From contig BROI01000010.1 of the NCBI GenBank assembly GCA_027923505.1, forward strand, positions 62,001 to 126,000: DNA of 64,000 nt. The letters are read 5' to 3'. The DNA comes from Mayamaea pseudoterrestris (lineage: Eukaryota). A program made the position numbers and the translations under genes. Shown in pieces: positions 1 through 13,600 of this stretch; the first letter of the stretch is position 1, and every line of letters begins with the position of its first letter. The notes beneath the pieces are model-generated. The model was not told the DNA's origin, made no database searches, and saw nothing but the letters and a program-made list of their open reading frames with translations.

Positions 1-1634
1 CTGTGAGCCTCCAGGCAGTCCGTTTTGTACCATGTCAGACCATCCACTCAAGTCAATGGCACACCCTGGACATGTTTGCATGACTCATTGGGTTGTTGGG
101 TGATCAGGGGACGGGGCATTGTGGTGAATCAGTTCCATAGTTTGGGGTGTTGGCCCACCCATTTTGGATGGTGTGAGCCTCCAGGCAGTCCGTTTTGCAC
201 CATTTCCGCCCCATCCCTCCAATGGCACACCCTGGACATGTTTTGCCTGGCTCATTGTGGTTTGTTGGTGAGCCGGGCATGAGAGCATTGTAGTGGTATG
301 ATTTCCATAATTTGGGGTGTTGGCCACACCCATCTTGTAGACCATTCCATGCCTGTAGGCCTCCAGGCAGTCGTTTTGTACTGCATGTCAGCATCCCACC
401 TCATGTCAATGGCACACCCTGGACATGTTTTGCCTGACTCATGTTGGGTGATCGGGGCGGGGCATTGGTGGCTTGTTGGGGGTTGGCCCCCCATTTGTTG
501 CCAGATGGTGTAGGCCTCTCAGGCAGTCGTTTGCACCATTTCAGCCCATCACTCATGTCAATGGCACACCCTGGACATGTTTTGCCTGGCTCATTGGGGT
601 TGGGTGGCCAGGGCATGGGAGCATTTTGGGGTTGATTCCATAATTTGGGGTGTTGGCCACACCCGTCTTGTAGACCATTCCATGCTGTAAGCCTCCAGGC
701 AGTCGTTTTGTACATGTCAGACCATCCTCAAGTCAATGGCACCCTGGACATATTTTTGCCTGACTCATTGGGTTGTTGGGTGATCGGGGGGGCGATTGTG
801 GTGGTATGATTCCATAATTTGGGGTGTTGGCCACACCCCATTTTGCAGATGGTCGTAGGCCTCGCAGGCGTCCGTTTTGCACCATTCCGGCCCATCCTCA
901 TGTCAGCCAGCACACCCTGGACGTGTTTTGTCTGGCTCATTAGGGTTGTTGGGTGGCCGGGGCATGGGGCATTGTAGTGAGCCTTGATTCCATAATTTGG
1001 GGTGTTGGCCACACCCATCTTGTCATTATGCTCCAGCTGAGCCTCCAGGCAGTCCGTTTTGTACCATGTCAGACCATCCTCATGTCAATGGCACACCCTG
1101 GACATGTTTTGCCTGACTCATTGGGTTGTTGGGTGATCAGGGGATGGGGCATTGTGGTGGTATGGATCTCCATAATTTGGGGTGTCCACACCCATTTTGC
1201 AGATGTGCGGGCCTCCAGTCAATCCGTTGCATTTCAGCCCCATCCTCATGTCATGGCACACCCTGGACATGTTTTGCCTGGCTCATTGGGTTGTTGGGTG
1301 GCCCAGGCATGGGGGCATTGTAGTGGTATGATTCCACCAATTTGGGGTGTTGGCCACACCCATCTTGTTGAACCATTCCATGCTGTAGGCCTCCAGGCAG
1401 TCCGTTTTGTACCATGTCGGACCATCCTCATGTCAATATGGCACACCCTGGACATGTTTTGCCTGACTCATTGGGTTGTTGGGTGATCAGGGGAGGGGCA
1501 TTGTGGTGGTATGATTCCATAATTTTGGGGTGTTGGCCACACCCATTTTGCAGATGGTGTAGGCCTCCAGTCAGTCCGTTTTGCCCTTTTCGCCCATCCT
1601 CCAGCTCACCCTGGACATGTTTTCTGACATCATT
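1..1634. repeat. Satellite SatA, left block: alternating ~172/~180-bp monomers (352-bp dimer), about 9 monomers, indel-noisy
   Basis: Recurrent GTCAATGGCACACCCTGGACATGTTTTGCCTGACTCATTGGGTTGTTGGGTG motif, same as the cleaner block at 20081-22533; runs off the window start. Confidence 0.95.
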
Positions 1635-1637
1635 AGT

Positions 1638-4600
1638 TGTGGGCGTTGAATGTCACAGCATCTGCGGGCTGAGTGGTGACAAGTTGTCACCAATATCCGT
1701 ACTGTTAAGAGACACTTGCCAGGCGCACCATCTTGTGGCGCAGCCTGAATAATGATGTTGGCACCATTCTGGTGTCATTTGGAGTGTATACATGGCCTGC
1801 TGAAGATTATTTTTGAATGTTATAGCATCTGCAGGCTGAGACTGGTGACAAGTTGTCACCAATATCTGCCATCCCCTGAGACACTAGCCAGACGCCACCA
1901 TCTTGGCGCAGCTGAATAATGAAGTTGGCACAATTCTGGTGTCATTTGGGTGTGTACATGGCCTGCTGTAGGGTTGTTTGAATGTCCGCGGCATCTGCAG
2001 GCTGAGACTGGTGACAAGTTGTCACCAATATCATTACGTCCCCTGAGACACTAGCCAGGCATACTATCTTGTAGCGCAGCCTGAATAATGATGTTGGCAC
2101 CTTTCTGGTGTCATTTGGAGTGTATATGGCCTGCTGTAGGGCGTTTGAATGTCACAGCATCCGCGGGCTGGGGGCTGGTGACAAGTTGTCACCAATATCA
2201 GTGCCGTCCACATTCCAGGCATACCAGCTTGTAGCGCAGCCTGAATACTAATGTTGTTGGCACCATTCTGGTGTCATTTGAGTGTATACGGCCTGCTGTA
2301 GGGGCGTTTCAATGTCACGACATGTGCAGGCTGAGACTAGTGACAAGTTGTCACCATTATCTATTACCGTCCCCTGAGACACTGGCAGGCATACCATCTT
2401 GTGGCGCAGCCTGAAAAATGATGTTGGCACCATTCTGGTGTCATTTGGGTATAGTCATGGCCTGCTGTGTTTGAATGTCACGGCATCCCGCGAGCTGAGA
2501 CTGGTGACAGGATTGTCACCAACAACATTCACCGTCCCCTGAGACACTAGCCAGGCATACCATCTTGTAGCGCCAGCCTGAATAATAGTATTGGCACCAT
2601 TCTGGTGTCATTTGAGATATACATGGCTGCTGTGGGGCATTTAGTATGCTTTAATCTGCAGGCTGAGAGTGGTGACAAGTTGTCACCAAAATCTCTGTCT
2701 GAGACACTTGCAAGGCATACCATCTTGTAGCGCAGCCTGAATAATGATGTTGGCTTTTAATTCTGGTGTCATTTGGGTATGTCACATGGCTGAGGTGTGT
2801 TTGATGTCGCATGGCATCTGCAGGCTGGAGACTGGTGACAAGTTGTCAATATCTCCATCCCCTGGACACTAGCCAGGCATACCATCTTGTAGCGCAGCCT
2901 GAATAATGATGTTGGCACCATTCTGGTGTCATTTGAAGTAAAATCATGGCCTGCTGGCAGGGTGTTTGAGATATCCGCGGCATCCGCAGGCAGCTGAGTG
3001 ACAAGTTGTCCAATATTGCAAATCTGAGACACTCCAAGTACCATCTTGTGGCGCAGCCTGAATGATGTTGGCACCATTCTGAATTGTCATTTGGGAAGTA
3101 TACACATGGCCTGCTGTAGGGGCGTTTGAATATCACGGCATCTGCAGGCTGAGAGTGGTGACAGGTTAATACCAATCACGTGCCGTACCCTGTACTCAGG
3201 CATATCATCTTGTAGCGCAGCCTGCATAATGATGTTAACATTCTGGTGTCATTTGGGTGTATACACTATAGCCTGCTGTAGGAGTTGTTTGAATGTCACA
3301 GCATCTGCAGGCAGAGACTGGTGATGAGTTGTCACCAATATCATTACCATCCCCTGAGACACTAGCCAGGCATACCATCTTGTAGCGCAGCCTGAATGGT
3401 GATGTTGGCACCATTCTGGTGTCAGTTTGGGTGTATACATGGCCTGCTGTAAGGGTGTTTGAATGTCCGCAGCATAGGCTGAGACTGGTGACAAGTTGTC
3501 ACCAATATCATTGCCATCTGAGACACTATCCAGGCATACCATCTTGTAGCGCAGCCTGAATAATGAAGTTGGCACAATTCTGGTGTCATTTGGGTGTATG
3601 CATGGCCTGCTGTAGGGTTGTTTGAATGTCACGGCATCCTGCAGGCTGAGACTGAGTGACAAGTTGTCATATGTCATTGCCGTCCCCTGAGACACTAGCC
3701 AGGAATACTATCTTGTAGCGCAGCCTGTAGACCAGCTAATGTTAGCACCATTCTGGTGTGTTTTAGGTGTATACATAGCCTGCTGAGGGTGTTTTGAATG
3801 TCACAGCATCCGCGGGCTGGAGACTGGTAGCAAGTTGTCACCAATATCATTACTGTCCTTGAGACTTTATCAGGCATACCAGCTTGTAGCGCAGCCTGAA
3901 TACTAATGTTGGCACCATTCTGGTGTCATTTGAGTGTATGCATGGCCTGCTGTAGGCGTTTCAATGTCCACGACATATGCAGGCTGAGACTGGTGACAAG
4001 TTGTCCCCATTATCATAGATCCCCTGAGACACTAGCCAGGCATACCATCTTGGCTGGCGCAGCCTGAATAATGATGTTGGCACCATTCTGGTGTCATTTG
4101 GGTATGGTATGGCCTGCTGTAGGGGTGTTTGAATGTCCGCGGCATCCCTTGGGCTGAAACTGAAGGTGACAAGTTGTCACCAATATCGTCCGTCCCCTGA
4201 GACACTAGCCAGGCATACCATCTTGTAGCGCAACCTGAATAATGATGTTGGCACCATTCTGGTGTCATTTGGGGCTCTTGCCTTGGCCTGCTGTAGGGGC
4301 GTCGAATGTCACAGCATCTGCAGGCTGAGAGTGGTGACAAGTTGTCACCAAAATCATTGCCATCCCCTGAGACACTTGCCAGGCATACCATCTTGTAGCG
4401 CAGCCTGAATAATGATGTTGGCACCATTCTGGTGTCATTTGGAGTGTGTATGGCCTGCTGAAGGTGTGTTTGAATGTCATGGCATCTGCAGGCTGAGACT
4501 GGTGACAAGTTGTCCTGTAATATCTCCATCCCCTAAGACACTAGCCAGGCATATACCATCTTGTAGCGCAGCCTGAATAATGATGTTAACCATTCTGTAG

Positions 4601-7600
4601 TGTCATTTGAACGTATGCATGGCCTGCTGTGGGGGGTGTTTGAATGTCGCGGCATCTGCAGGCTGAGACTGGTGACAAGTTGTCACCAATATCAAATGCC
4701 GTCCCCTGAGACACTAGCCAGGCATACCATCTTGTGGCATAGCCTGAATAATGATGTTGGCACCATTCTGGTGTCATTTAGGTGTATTCATAGCTGCTGT
4801 AGGGGCGTTTGAATGTCGCGGGCTGAGACTGGTGACAAGTTGTCACCGATCTCTCTGTCCCTTGAGACACTATCCAGGCATACCATCTTGTAGCGCAGCC
4901 TGAATAATGATATTGGCACCATTCTGGTGTCATTTTGGGAGTGTATACATGGCCTGCCGAGAGGGGGCGTTTGAATGTCGGCATCTGCAGGCTGAGACTG
5001 GTGACAAGTTGTCACCAATATCATTGCTGTCCCCTGAGACACTAGCCAGGCATACCATCTTGTAGCGCAGCCTGAATAATGATGTTGGCACCAATTTGGT
5101 GTCATTTGGGTATATTCATGGCCTGCTGTAAAGGCGTTTGAATCTCACGGCATCCGCAGGCTGAGGCTGGTGACAAGTTGTCACCAATATGCATACCAGC
5201 TTGTAGCGCAGCCTGAATAATGATGTTGGCACCATTCTGGTGTCATTTGGGTGTATCGCATGGCCTGTGGAGGGGGGCGTTTGAATGTCACGGCATCTGC
5301 AGGCTGAGACTGGTGACAGGGTGTCACCAGCTATCATTGCAGTCCCCTGAGACACTAGCCAGGCACACCATCTTGTAGCGCAGCCTAAATGATGATGTTG
5401 GCACCATTCTGGTGTCATTTAAGTGTATACATGGCCTGCTGTAGGGCTGTTTGAATGTCACGGCATCTGCGGGCTGAGACTGAGTGACAAGTTGTCACCA
5501 ATATCATTACCCGTCCCCTGAGACACTAGCCAGGCATACCATCTTGTGGCTCACGGCATCTGCAGGCTGAGACTGGTGACGAAGTTGTCACCAATATCAT
5601 TGCCGTCCCCTGAGACACTAATGCATACCATCTTGTTTGCGCAGCCTGAATAATGATGTTGGCACCATTCTGGTGTCATTTGGGATTTCATGGCCTGCTA
5701 TAGGGGCATTTGAATTTCACGGCATCTGCGGGCTGAGACTGGTGACAAGTTGTCACCAATATCATTGCTGTCCCCTGAGACACTAGCCAGGCATACCATC
5801 TTGTTGCGCAGCCTGAATAATGATATTTGGCACCATTCTGTTGTCATTTGGGTGTATACATGGCCCGCTGTGGGGGCGTTTGAATGTCGGCATCTGCAGG
5901 CTGAGACTGGTGACAAGTTGTCACCAATATCATTTCCCCTGAGACACTAGCCAGGCATACCATCTTGTTGCGCAGCCTGAATAATGATGTTGGCATATTC
6001 TGGTGTCATTGGTATATATGGCCTGCTATAGGGGCATTTGAATGTCCGGCATCTGCGGGCTGAGACTGGTGACAAGTTGTCACCAATATCTACCATCTGA
6101 GACACTAGCCAGGCATACCATCTTGTAGCGCAGCCTGAATAATGATCATGGCACCATTCTGGTGTCATTTGGGTGTATACATGGCCTGCTGTAGGGGCGT
6201 TTGAATGTCACGGCATCTGCAGGCTGACTGTGACAAGTTGTCACCAATATCATTAGTCCCCTGAGACACTAGCCAGGCATACCATCTTGCAGCGCAGCCT
6301 GAATAGTGATGTTGGCACCATTCTGGTGTATTTTAGGCACCTACAGGGCTTGCTGTAGGGGCGTTTGAGTGTCACGGCATCTGCGGGCTGAGACTGGTGA
6401 CAGGTTGTCACCAATATCATTGCTGTCCCCTGAGACACTAGCCAGGCATACCATCTTGGCGCAGCCTGAATTGTTGTTGGCACCATTCTGGTGTCATTTG
6501 GGTGTAATATACATGGCCTGCTGTGGGCGTTTGAATGTCACGGCATCTGCAGGCTACTGGTGACAAGTTGTCACCAATATCATTACAAACCCTGGGGCAC
6601 TAGCCAGGCACATACCATCTTGTGGCAGCCTGAATAATGTGTTTGGCACCATTCTGGTGTTTTTTGGCCCTACCTGGAGGCTTGCTGTGGGCGTTTGGAT
6701 GTCATTTGGCATCTGCGGGGCTGAGACTGGTGACAAGTTGTCACCAATATCATTACCATCCCCTGAGACACTAGCCAGGCATATCATCTTGTAGCGCAGC
6801 CTGAATAATGATGTTGGCTTGTGCTCACGCCGGCGGCCTTGCTGTAGGGGCGTTTGATCTCTTCGCGCATCTGCGGGGCTGAGACTGACAGTTGTCACCA
6901 ATATCGCTGCCGTCCCCTGAGACACTAGCCAGGCGTATCATCTTGTGGCGCAGCCTGAATAATGATGTTGGCACCATTCTGGTGTCTTTTGGTGTCATTT
7001 GGGTGTCTCGGGCTTGCTGTAGGGGCGTTTGAGTGTTCACGGCATCCTGCGGGCTGAGACTGAAGAGTGACAAGTTGTCACCAATTCGTTCTAATCCCCT
7101 AGCACTAGCCAGGCATACCATCTTGTTGCGCCTGAATATGGTGTTGGCTCTTGTTGTCATTTGGGCTACAGGGCCTGCTGTGGGGCGTTTGAATGTCACG
7201 GCATCTGCGGGGGCTGGGACTGGTGACAAGTTGTGGCCTCTATCGTACTCCCGTCCCCTGAGCACTTATGCCCGGCTCATCTTGTTGCGCAGCCTGAATA
7301 ATGATGTTGGCACCATTCTGGTGTATTTAGTGTCTCCAGGGCCTGCTGCAGGGGCATTTGAATGTCACGGCATCTGCGGGCTGAGACTGGTGACAGAGAT
7401 TGTCACCAATATCATGCCGTCCCCTAGAGACACTAGCCCAGAGCATACCATCTTGTATGCGCCCAACCCTGAATAATGATGTTGGCACCATTCTGGTGTC
7501 ATTTGGAGTGTCTCATGGCCTGCTGTGGGGCGTTTGGAAATGTCACGGCATCTACGCAGGCTGGGGACTGCAAGTGACATGTTGTCTGTATCATTACCGT

Positions 7601-10600
7601 CCCCTGAGACCTCCTCTTGTTGCGCTAGCCTGAATAATGATGTTGGCCCCTATTCTGTTGTATTTGTCCCTCGCCGTCCTGTAGGGGCGTTTGAATGTCA
7701 CGCGACATCTGCGGGCTGAGACTGGTGACAAGTTGTCACCAATATCTGCCGTCCCCTGCGCTGGCATACTATCTTTGTTGCGCAGCCTGAATGTTGATGT
7801 TGGCACCATTCTGGTGTCATTTGGAGTGTCTCATGGCCTGTTGTGGGGGCGTTTGAATGTCACGGCATCCGCGGGCTGGAGATTGGTGACAAATTTGCAT
7901 CACCAACTATCTCCGAGACACAGGCAGGCATGCCAACTCTTGTAGCGCCAAGCCTGATAATGTGTTGGCACCATTCTGGTGTGTTTTTTGGTGTGCCTTG
8001 TAGGGGCGTTTTGAATGTCCGCGGCATCTGCAGGCTGAGACTGGTGACAAGTTGTCCACCAATATCTCCGTCCCCTGAGACACTGCGGCATCACCATCTT
8101 GTAGCGCAGCCTGAATATTGATGTTGGCACCATTCTGTGGTGTTTTTGGGCACCTACAGGGGCCTGCTGTGCGTTTGAATCACGGCATCCGCGGGCTGAG
8201 ACTGGTGACAAAGTCGTCACCAATATCCTCCGCCCCCCTGAGACACTAGCCAGGCATACCATCTTGTGCCAATTTCAGCCTGATAGTGTGTTGGCACCAT
8301 TCTGGTGTCATTTTGGGTGTATACAGGTGGCCTGCTGTAGGGGCGTTTGAATGTCGCGGCATCTGCAAGGCTGAGACTGGTGACAAGTTGTCACCAATAT
8401 CATTGCCGTCCCCTGAGACACTAGCGAGGCATGCCGTCTTGTGGCGCGGCCTGAGAAAATTGATGTTGGCACCATTCTGGTGTCATTTGGTATCCTGCTG
8501 TAAGGGCGTTTGCATGTCACGGCATCTGCGGGCTGAGACTGGTGACCAGGTTGTCTCCATATCATTACCGTCCCCCTGAGTCACTAGCCAGGCATACCAT
8601 CTTGTAGCGCAGCCTGAATAATGATGTTGGCACCATTCTGGTGTCATTTGGGTGGGTACCTGGCCTGCTGTGGGGGCGTTTGAATTCACGGCATCTGCAG
8701 GCTGAGACTGGTGACAAGTTGTCACCAATATCATTGCCGTCCCCTGAGACACTAGCCAGGCATACCATCTTGTTGCGCAGCCTGAATAATGATGTTGGCA
8801 CCATTCTGGTGTCATTTGGGTGCATACATGGCCTGCTGTAGGGGCGTTTGAATGTCACGGCATCTGCAGGCTGAGACTGGTGACAAGTTGTCACCAATAT
8901 CATTGCCGTCCCTGAGACACTAGCCAGGCATACCATCTTGTTGCGCAGCCTGAATAATGATGTTGGCACCATTCTGGTATCATTTGGTTGTATACATGGC
9001 CTGCTGTAGGTGTTTTTGAATGTCACGGCATCTGCAGGCTGAGACTGGTGACAAGTTGTCACCAATATCATTGCCATCCCCTGAGACACTAACCAGGCAT
9101 ACCATCTTGTTGCGCAGCCTGAATAATGATGTGTTGGCACCATTCTGGTGTCATTTGGTGTATACATGGCCTGCTGTAGGGGCGTTTGAATGTCACGGCA
9201 TCTGCAGGCTGAGACTGGTGACAAAGTTGTCACAATATCAATGCCGTCCCCTGAGACACTAGCCAGGCATACCATCTTGTTGCGCAGCCTGAAAAATGAT
9301 GTTGGCACCATTCCGGTGTCATTTGGGTGTATACATGGCCTGCTGTAGGGGCGTTTGAATGTCATGGCATCTGCGGGCTGAGACTGGTGACAAGTTGTCA
9401 CCCAATGTCATTGCCGTCCCTGAGCCACTAGCCAGGCATACCATCTTGTAGCGCAGCCTGAATAATGATGTTGGCACCATTCTGGTGTCATTTGGGTGTA
9501 TACATGGCCTGCTGTAGGGGCGTTTGAATGTCACGGCATCTGCAGGCTGAGACTGGTGACAAGTTGTCACCAATATCATTACCATCCCCTGAGACACTAG
9601 CCAGGCATACCATCTTGTTGCGCAGCCTGAATAATGATGTTGGCACCATTCTGGTGTCATTTGGGTGTATACATGGCCTGCTGTAGGGGCGTTTGAATGT
9701 CACGGCATCTGCAGGCTGAGACTGGTGACAAGTTGTCACCAATATCATTACCGTCCTTTGAGACACTAGCCAGGCATACCATCTTGTAGCGCAGCCTGAA
9801 TAATGATGTTGGCACCATTCTGGTGTCAATTGGGTGTAGACATGGCCTGCCGTAGGGGCGTTTGAATGTCACGGCATCTGCAGGCTGAGACTGGTGACAA
9901 GTTGTCACCAATATCATTGCCGTCCCCTGAGACACTAGCCAGGCATACCATCTTGTTGCGCAGCCTGAATAATGATGTTGGCACCATTCTGGTGTCATTT
10001 GGGTGTATACATGGCCTGCTGTAGGGGCGTTTGAGTGTCACGGCATCTGCAGGCTGAGACTGGTGACAAGTTGTCACCAATATCATTACCATCCCCTGAG
10101 ACACTAGCCAGGCATATCATCTTGTCGCGCAGCCTGAATGATGATGTTGGCACCATTCTGGTGTATTTTGGGCATCTACATGGCCTGCTGTAGGGGCGTT
10201 TGAATGTCACGGCATCTGCAGGCTGAGACTGGTGACAAGTTGTCACCAATATCATTACCGTCCCCTGAGACACTAGCCAGGCATACCATCTTGTAGCGCA
10301 GCCTGAATAATGATGTTGGCACCATTCTGGTGTCATTTGGGTGTATACATAGCCTGCTGTAGGGGCGTTTGAATGTCACGGCATCTGCGGGCTGAGACTG
10401 GTGACAAGTTGTCACCAATATCAGTGCCGACCCCTGAGACACTAGCCAGGCATACCAGCTTGTAGCGCAGCCTGAATAATGATGTTGGCACCATTCTGGT
10501 GTCATTTGGGTGTGTACATAGCCTGCTGTAGGGCGTTTGAATGTCCACGGCATCTGCGGGCTGAGACTGGTGACAAGTTGTCACCAATATCATTGCTCCC

Positions 10601-13600
10601 CTGAGACACTACCAGCCATACCATCTTGTAGCGCAGCCCTGAATAATGATGTTGGCACCATTCTGGTGTCATTTGGGTGTATACGTGGCCTGCTGTGGGG
10701 CGTTTGAATGTCAAGCGGCATCTGCGGGCTGAGACTGGTGACAAGTTGTCACCAAATATCATTGCCGTCCCCTGAGACACTAGCCAGGCATGCCATCTTG
10801 TACGCAGCCTGAAATGATGTTGGCACCATTCTGGTGTCATTTGGGTGTATCACATGGCCTGCTGTAGGGCGTTTGAATGTCACGGCATCTGCAGGCTGAG
10901 ACTGGTGACAAGTTTGTCGGGCCAATATCATTGCCGTCCCCTGAGACACTAGCCAGGCATACCGTCTTGTGGCGCAGCTGAATAATGATGTTGGCACCAT
11001 TCTTATTGGTTATCCCTTTGGCCCTGCTGTAGGGGCGTTTGTGTCGCGGCATCTGCGGGCTGAGGCTGGTGATAGAGTTGTCACCCAATATCATTGCCGT
11101 CCCCTGAGACACTAGCCGGGCATACCATCTTGTTGCGCAGCCCTGAATAATGATGTTGGCACCATTTTATTTGGGTGTATACATGGCCTGCTGTGGGGGC
11201 GTTTGTTGTCACGGCATCTGCGGGCTGAGACTGGTGACAAGTTGTCACCAATATCACTCTGGCATGCCATCTTGTGGCGCAGCCGGAATAATGTGTTTGG
11301 CGCCATTCTGGTGTCATTTGGGTGTTCACATGGCCCTGCTTAGGGGTGTTTGAATGTCCGCGGCATCTGCGGGCTGTGGACTGGTGAAACAAGTTGTCTC
11401 CATTCATTACCGTCCCCTGAGACACTAGCCAGGCATACCATCTTGTAGCGCAGCCTGAATCATGATGTTGGCACCATTCTGGTGTCATTTGATGTCGCCT
11501 GCTGTAGGGGCGTTTGAATGTCCACGGCATCTGCGGGCTGGAGACTGGTGACAAGTTTGTCGCAATTTGTCCGTCCCCTGAGACACTAGCCAGGCATACC
11601 ATCTTGGAGCGCAGCCTGAATAATGATGTTGGCACCATTCTGGTGTCATTTGGGTTGGGCTTGCTGTGGGCGTTTGAATGTCCGGCATCTGCGGGCTGAG
11701 ACTGGTGACAAGTTGTCACCAATATCTTGCCGTCCCCTGGGACACTAGCCAGGCATACCATCTTGTAGCGCAGCCTGAATAATGATGTTGGCACCATTCT
11801 GTTGTCATTTGGGTCGGCCTGCTGTAGGGCGTTTGATGTCCACGCGGCATCTGCGGGCTGGGCTGGTGACAAGTTGTCACCAATATCATTCCGGTCCCCT
11901 GAGACACTAGCCAGGCGCCACCATCTTGGCGCAGCCTGAATAATGATGTTGGCACCATTCTGGTCGTTTGGGGTACCTGCTGCCTGTGGGGGCGTTTGAA
12001 TGTCACGGCATCTGCGGGCTGAGACTGGTGACAAGTTGTCACCAATATCTTACCATCCCTGGACACTAGCCAAGGCATATCATCTTGTAGCGCAGCCTGA
12101 ATAATGATGTTGGCACCATTCTGGTGTCATTTTGGCTTACAGGGCCTGCTGTAGGGGCGTTTGAATGTCCGCGGCATCTGCGAGGCTGAGACTGGTGACA
12201 AGTTGTCCCCAATATATTGCCATCCCCTGAGACACTTGCCCAGGCTACCATCTTGTGGCGCAGCCTGATATTGTGTTGTCACCATTCTGGGTGTCTTTTG
12301 GCTACTTGCTGTGGGGCGTTTGGTGTCGCCGGCATCTGCGGCTGAGACTGGTGACAAGTTGTCCCAATGTCATTGCCGTCCCCTGAGACACTAGCCAGGC
12401 ATATCATCTTGCAGCTTGAATAATGATGTTGGCACCATTCTGGTGTCATTTGGGTGTATACATGGCCTGCTGTAGGGGCGTTTGAATGTCACGGCATCTG
12501 CAGGCTGAGACTGGTGACAAGTTGTCACCAATATCATTGCCATCCCCTGAGACACTAGCCAGGCATACCATCTTGTTGCGCAGCCTGAATAATGATGTTG
12601 GCACCATTCTGGTGTCATTTGGGTGTATACATGGCCTGCTGTAGGGGCGTTTGAATGTCACGGCATCTGCAGGCTGAGACTGGTGACAAGTTGTCACCAA
12701 TATCATTGCCATCCCCTGAGACACTAGCCAGGCATACTAATAATGATGTTGGCACCATTCTGGTGTCATTTGGGTGTATACATGGCCTGCTGTAGGGGCG
12801 TTTGAATGTCACGGCATCTGCAGGCTGAGACTGGTGACAAGTTGTCACCAATATCATTACCGTCCCCTGAGACACTAGCCAGGCATACCATCTTGTAGCG
12901 CAGCCTGAATAATGATGTTGGCACCATTCTGGTGTCATTTGGGTGTATACATGGCCTGCTGTAGGGGCGTTTGAATGTCACGGCATCTGCAGGCTGAGAC
13001 TGGTGACAAGTTGTCACCAATATCATTGCCATCCCCTGAGACACTAGCCAGGCATACCATCTTGTAGCGCAGCCTGAATAATGATGTTGGCACCATTCTG
13101 GTGTCATTTGGGTATACTCATGGCCTGCTGTAGGGGCGTTTGAATGTCACGGCATCCGCGGGCTGAGACTGGTGACAAGTTGTTACCAATATCATTGCTG
13201 TCCCCTGAGACAATAGCTAGGCATACCATCTTGTGGCGCAGTTTGTATAATGATGTTGGCACCATTCTGGTGTCATTTGGGTGTATACATGGCCTGCTGT
13301 AAAGGGCGTTTGAATGTCACGGCATCTGCAGGCTGAGACTGGTGACAAGTTGTCACCAATATCATTGCCATCCCCTGAGACACTAGCCAGGCATACCATC
13401 TTGTAGCGCAGCCTGAATAATGATGTTGGCACCATTCTGGTGTCATTTGGGTGTATACATGGCCTGCTGTAGGGGCGTTTGAATGTCACGGCATCTGCAG
13501 GCTGAGACTGGTGACAAGTTGTCACCAATATCATTGCCGTCCCCCTGAGACAATAGCCAGGCATACCATCTTGTAGCGCAACCTGAATAATGATGTTGGC

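Noticed and set aside
1..12400. Apparent age gradient, with degenerate satellite toward the window start
   Set aside because: Differences are mostly scattered 1-2 bp indels that switch on and off abruptly, as expected from unpolished long reads; also seen at 25.1-27.4 kb and 31.3-31.65 kb.
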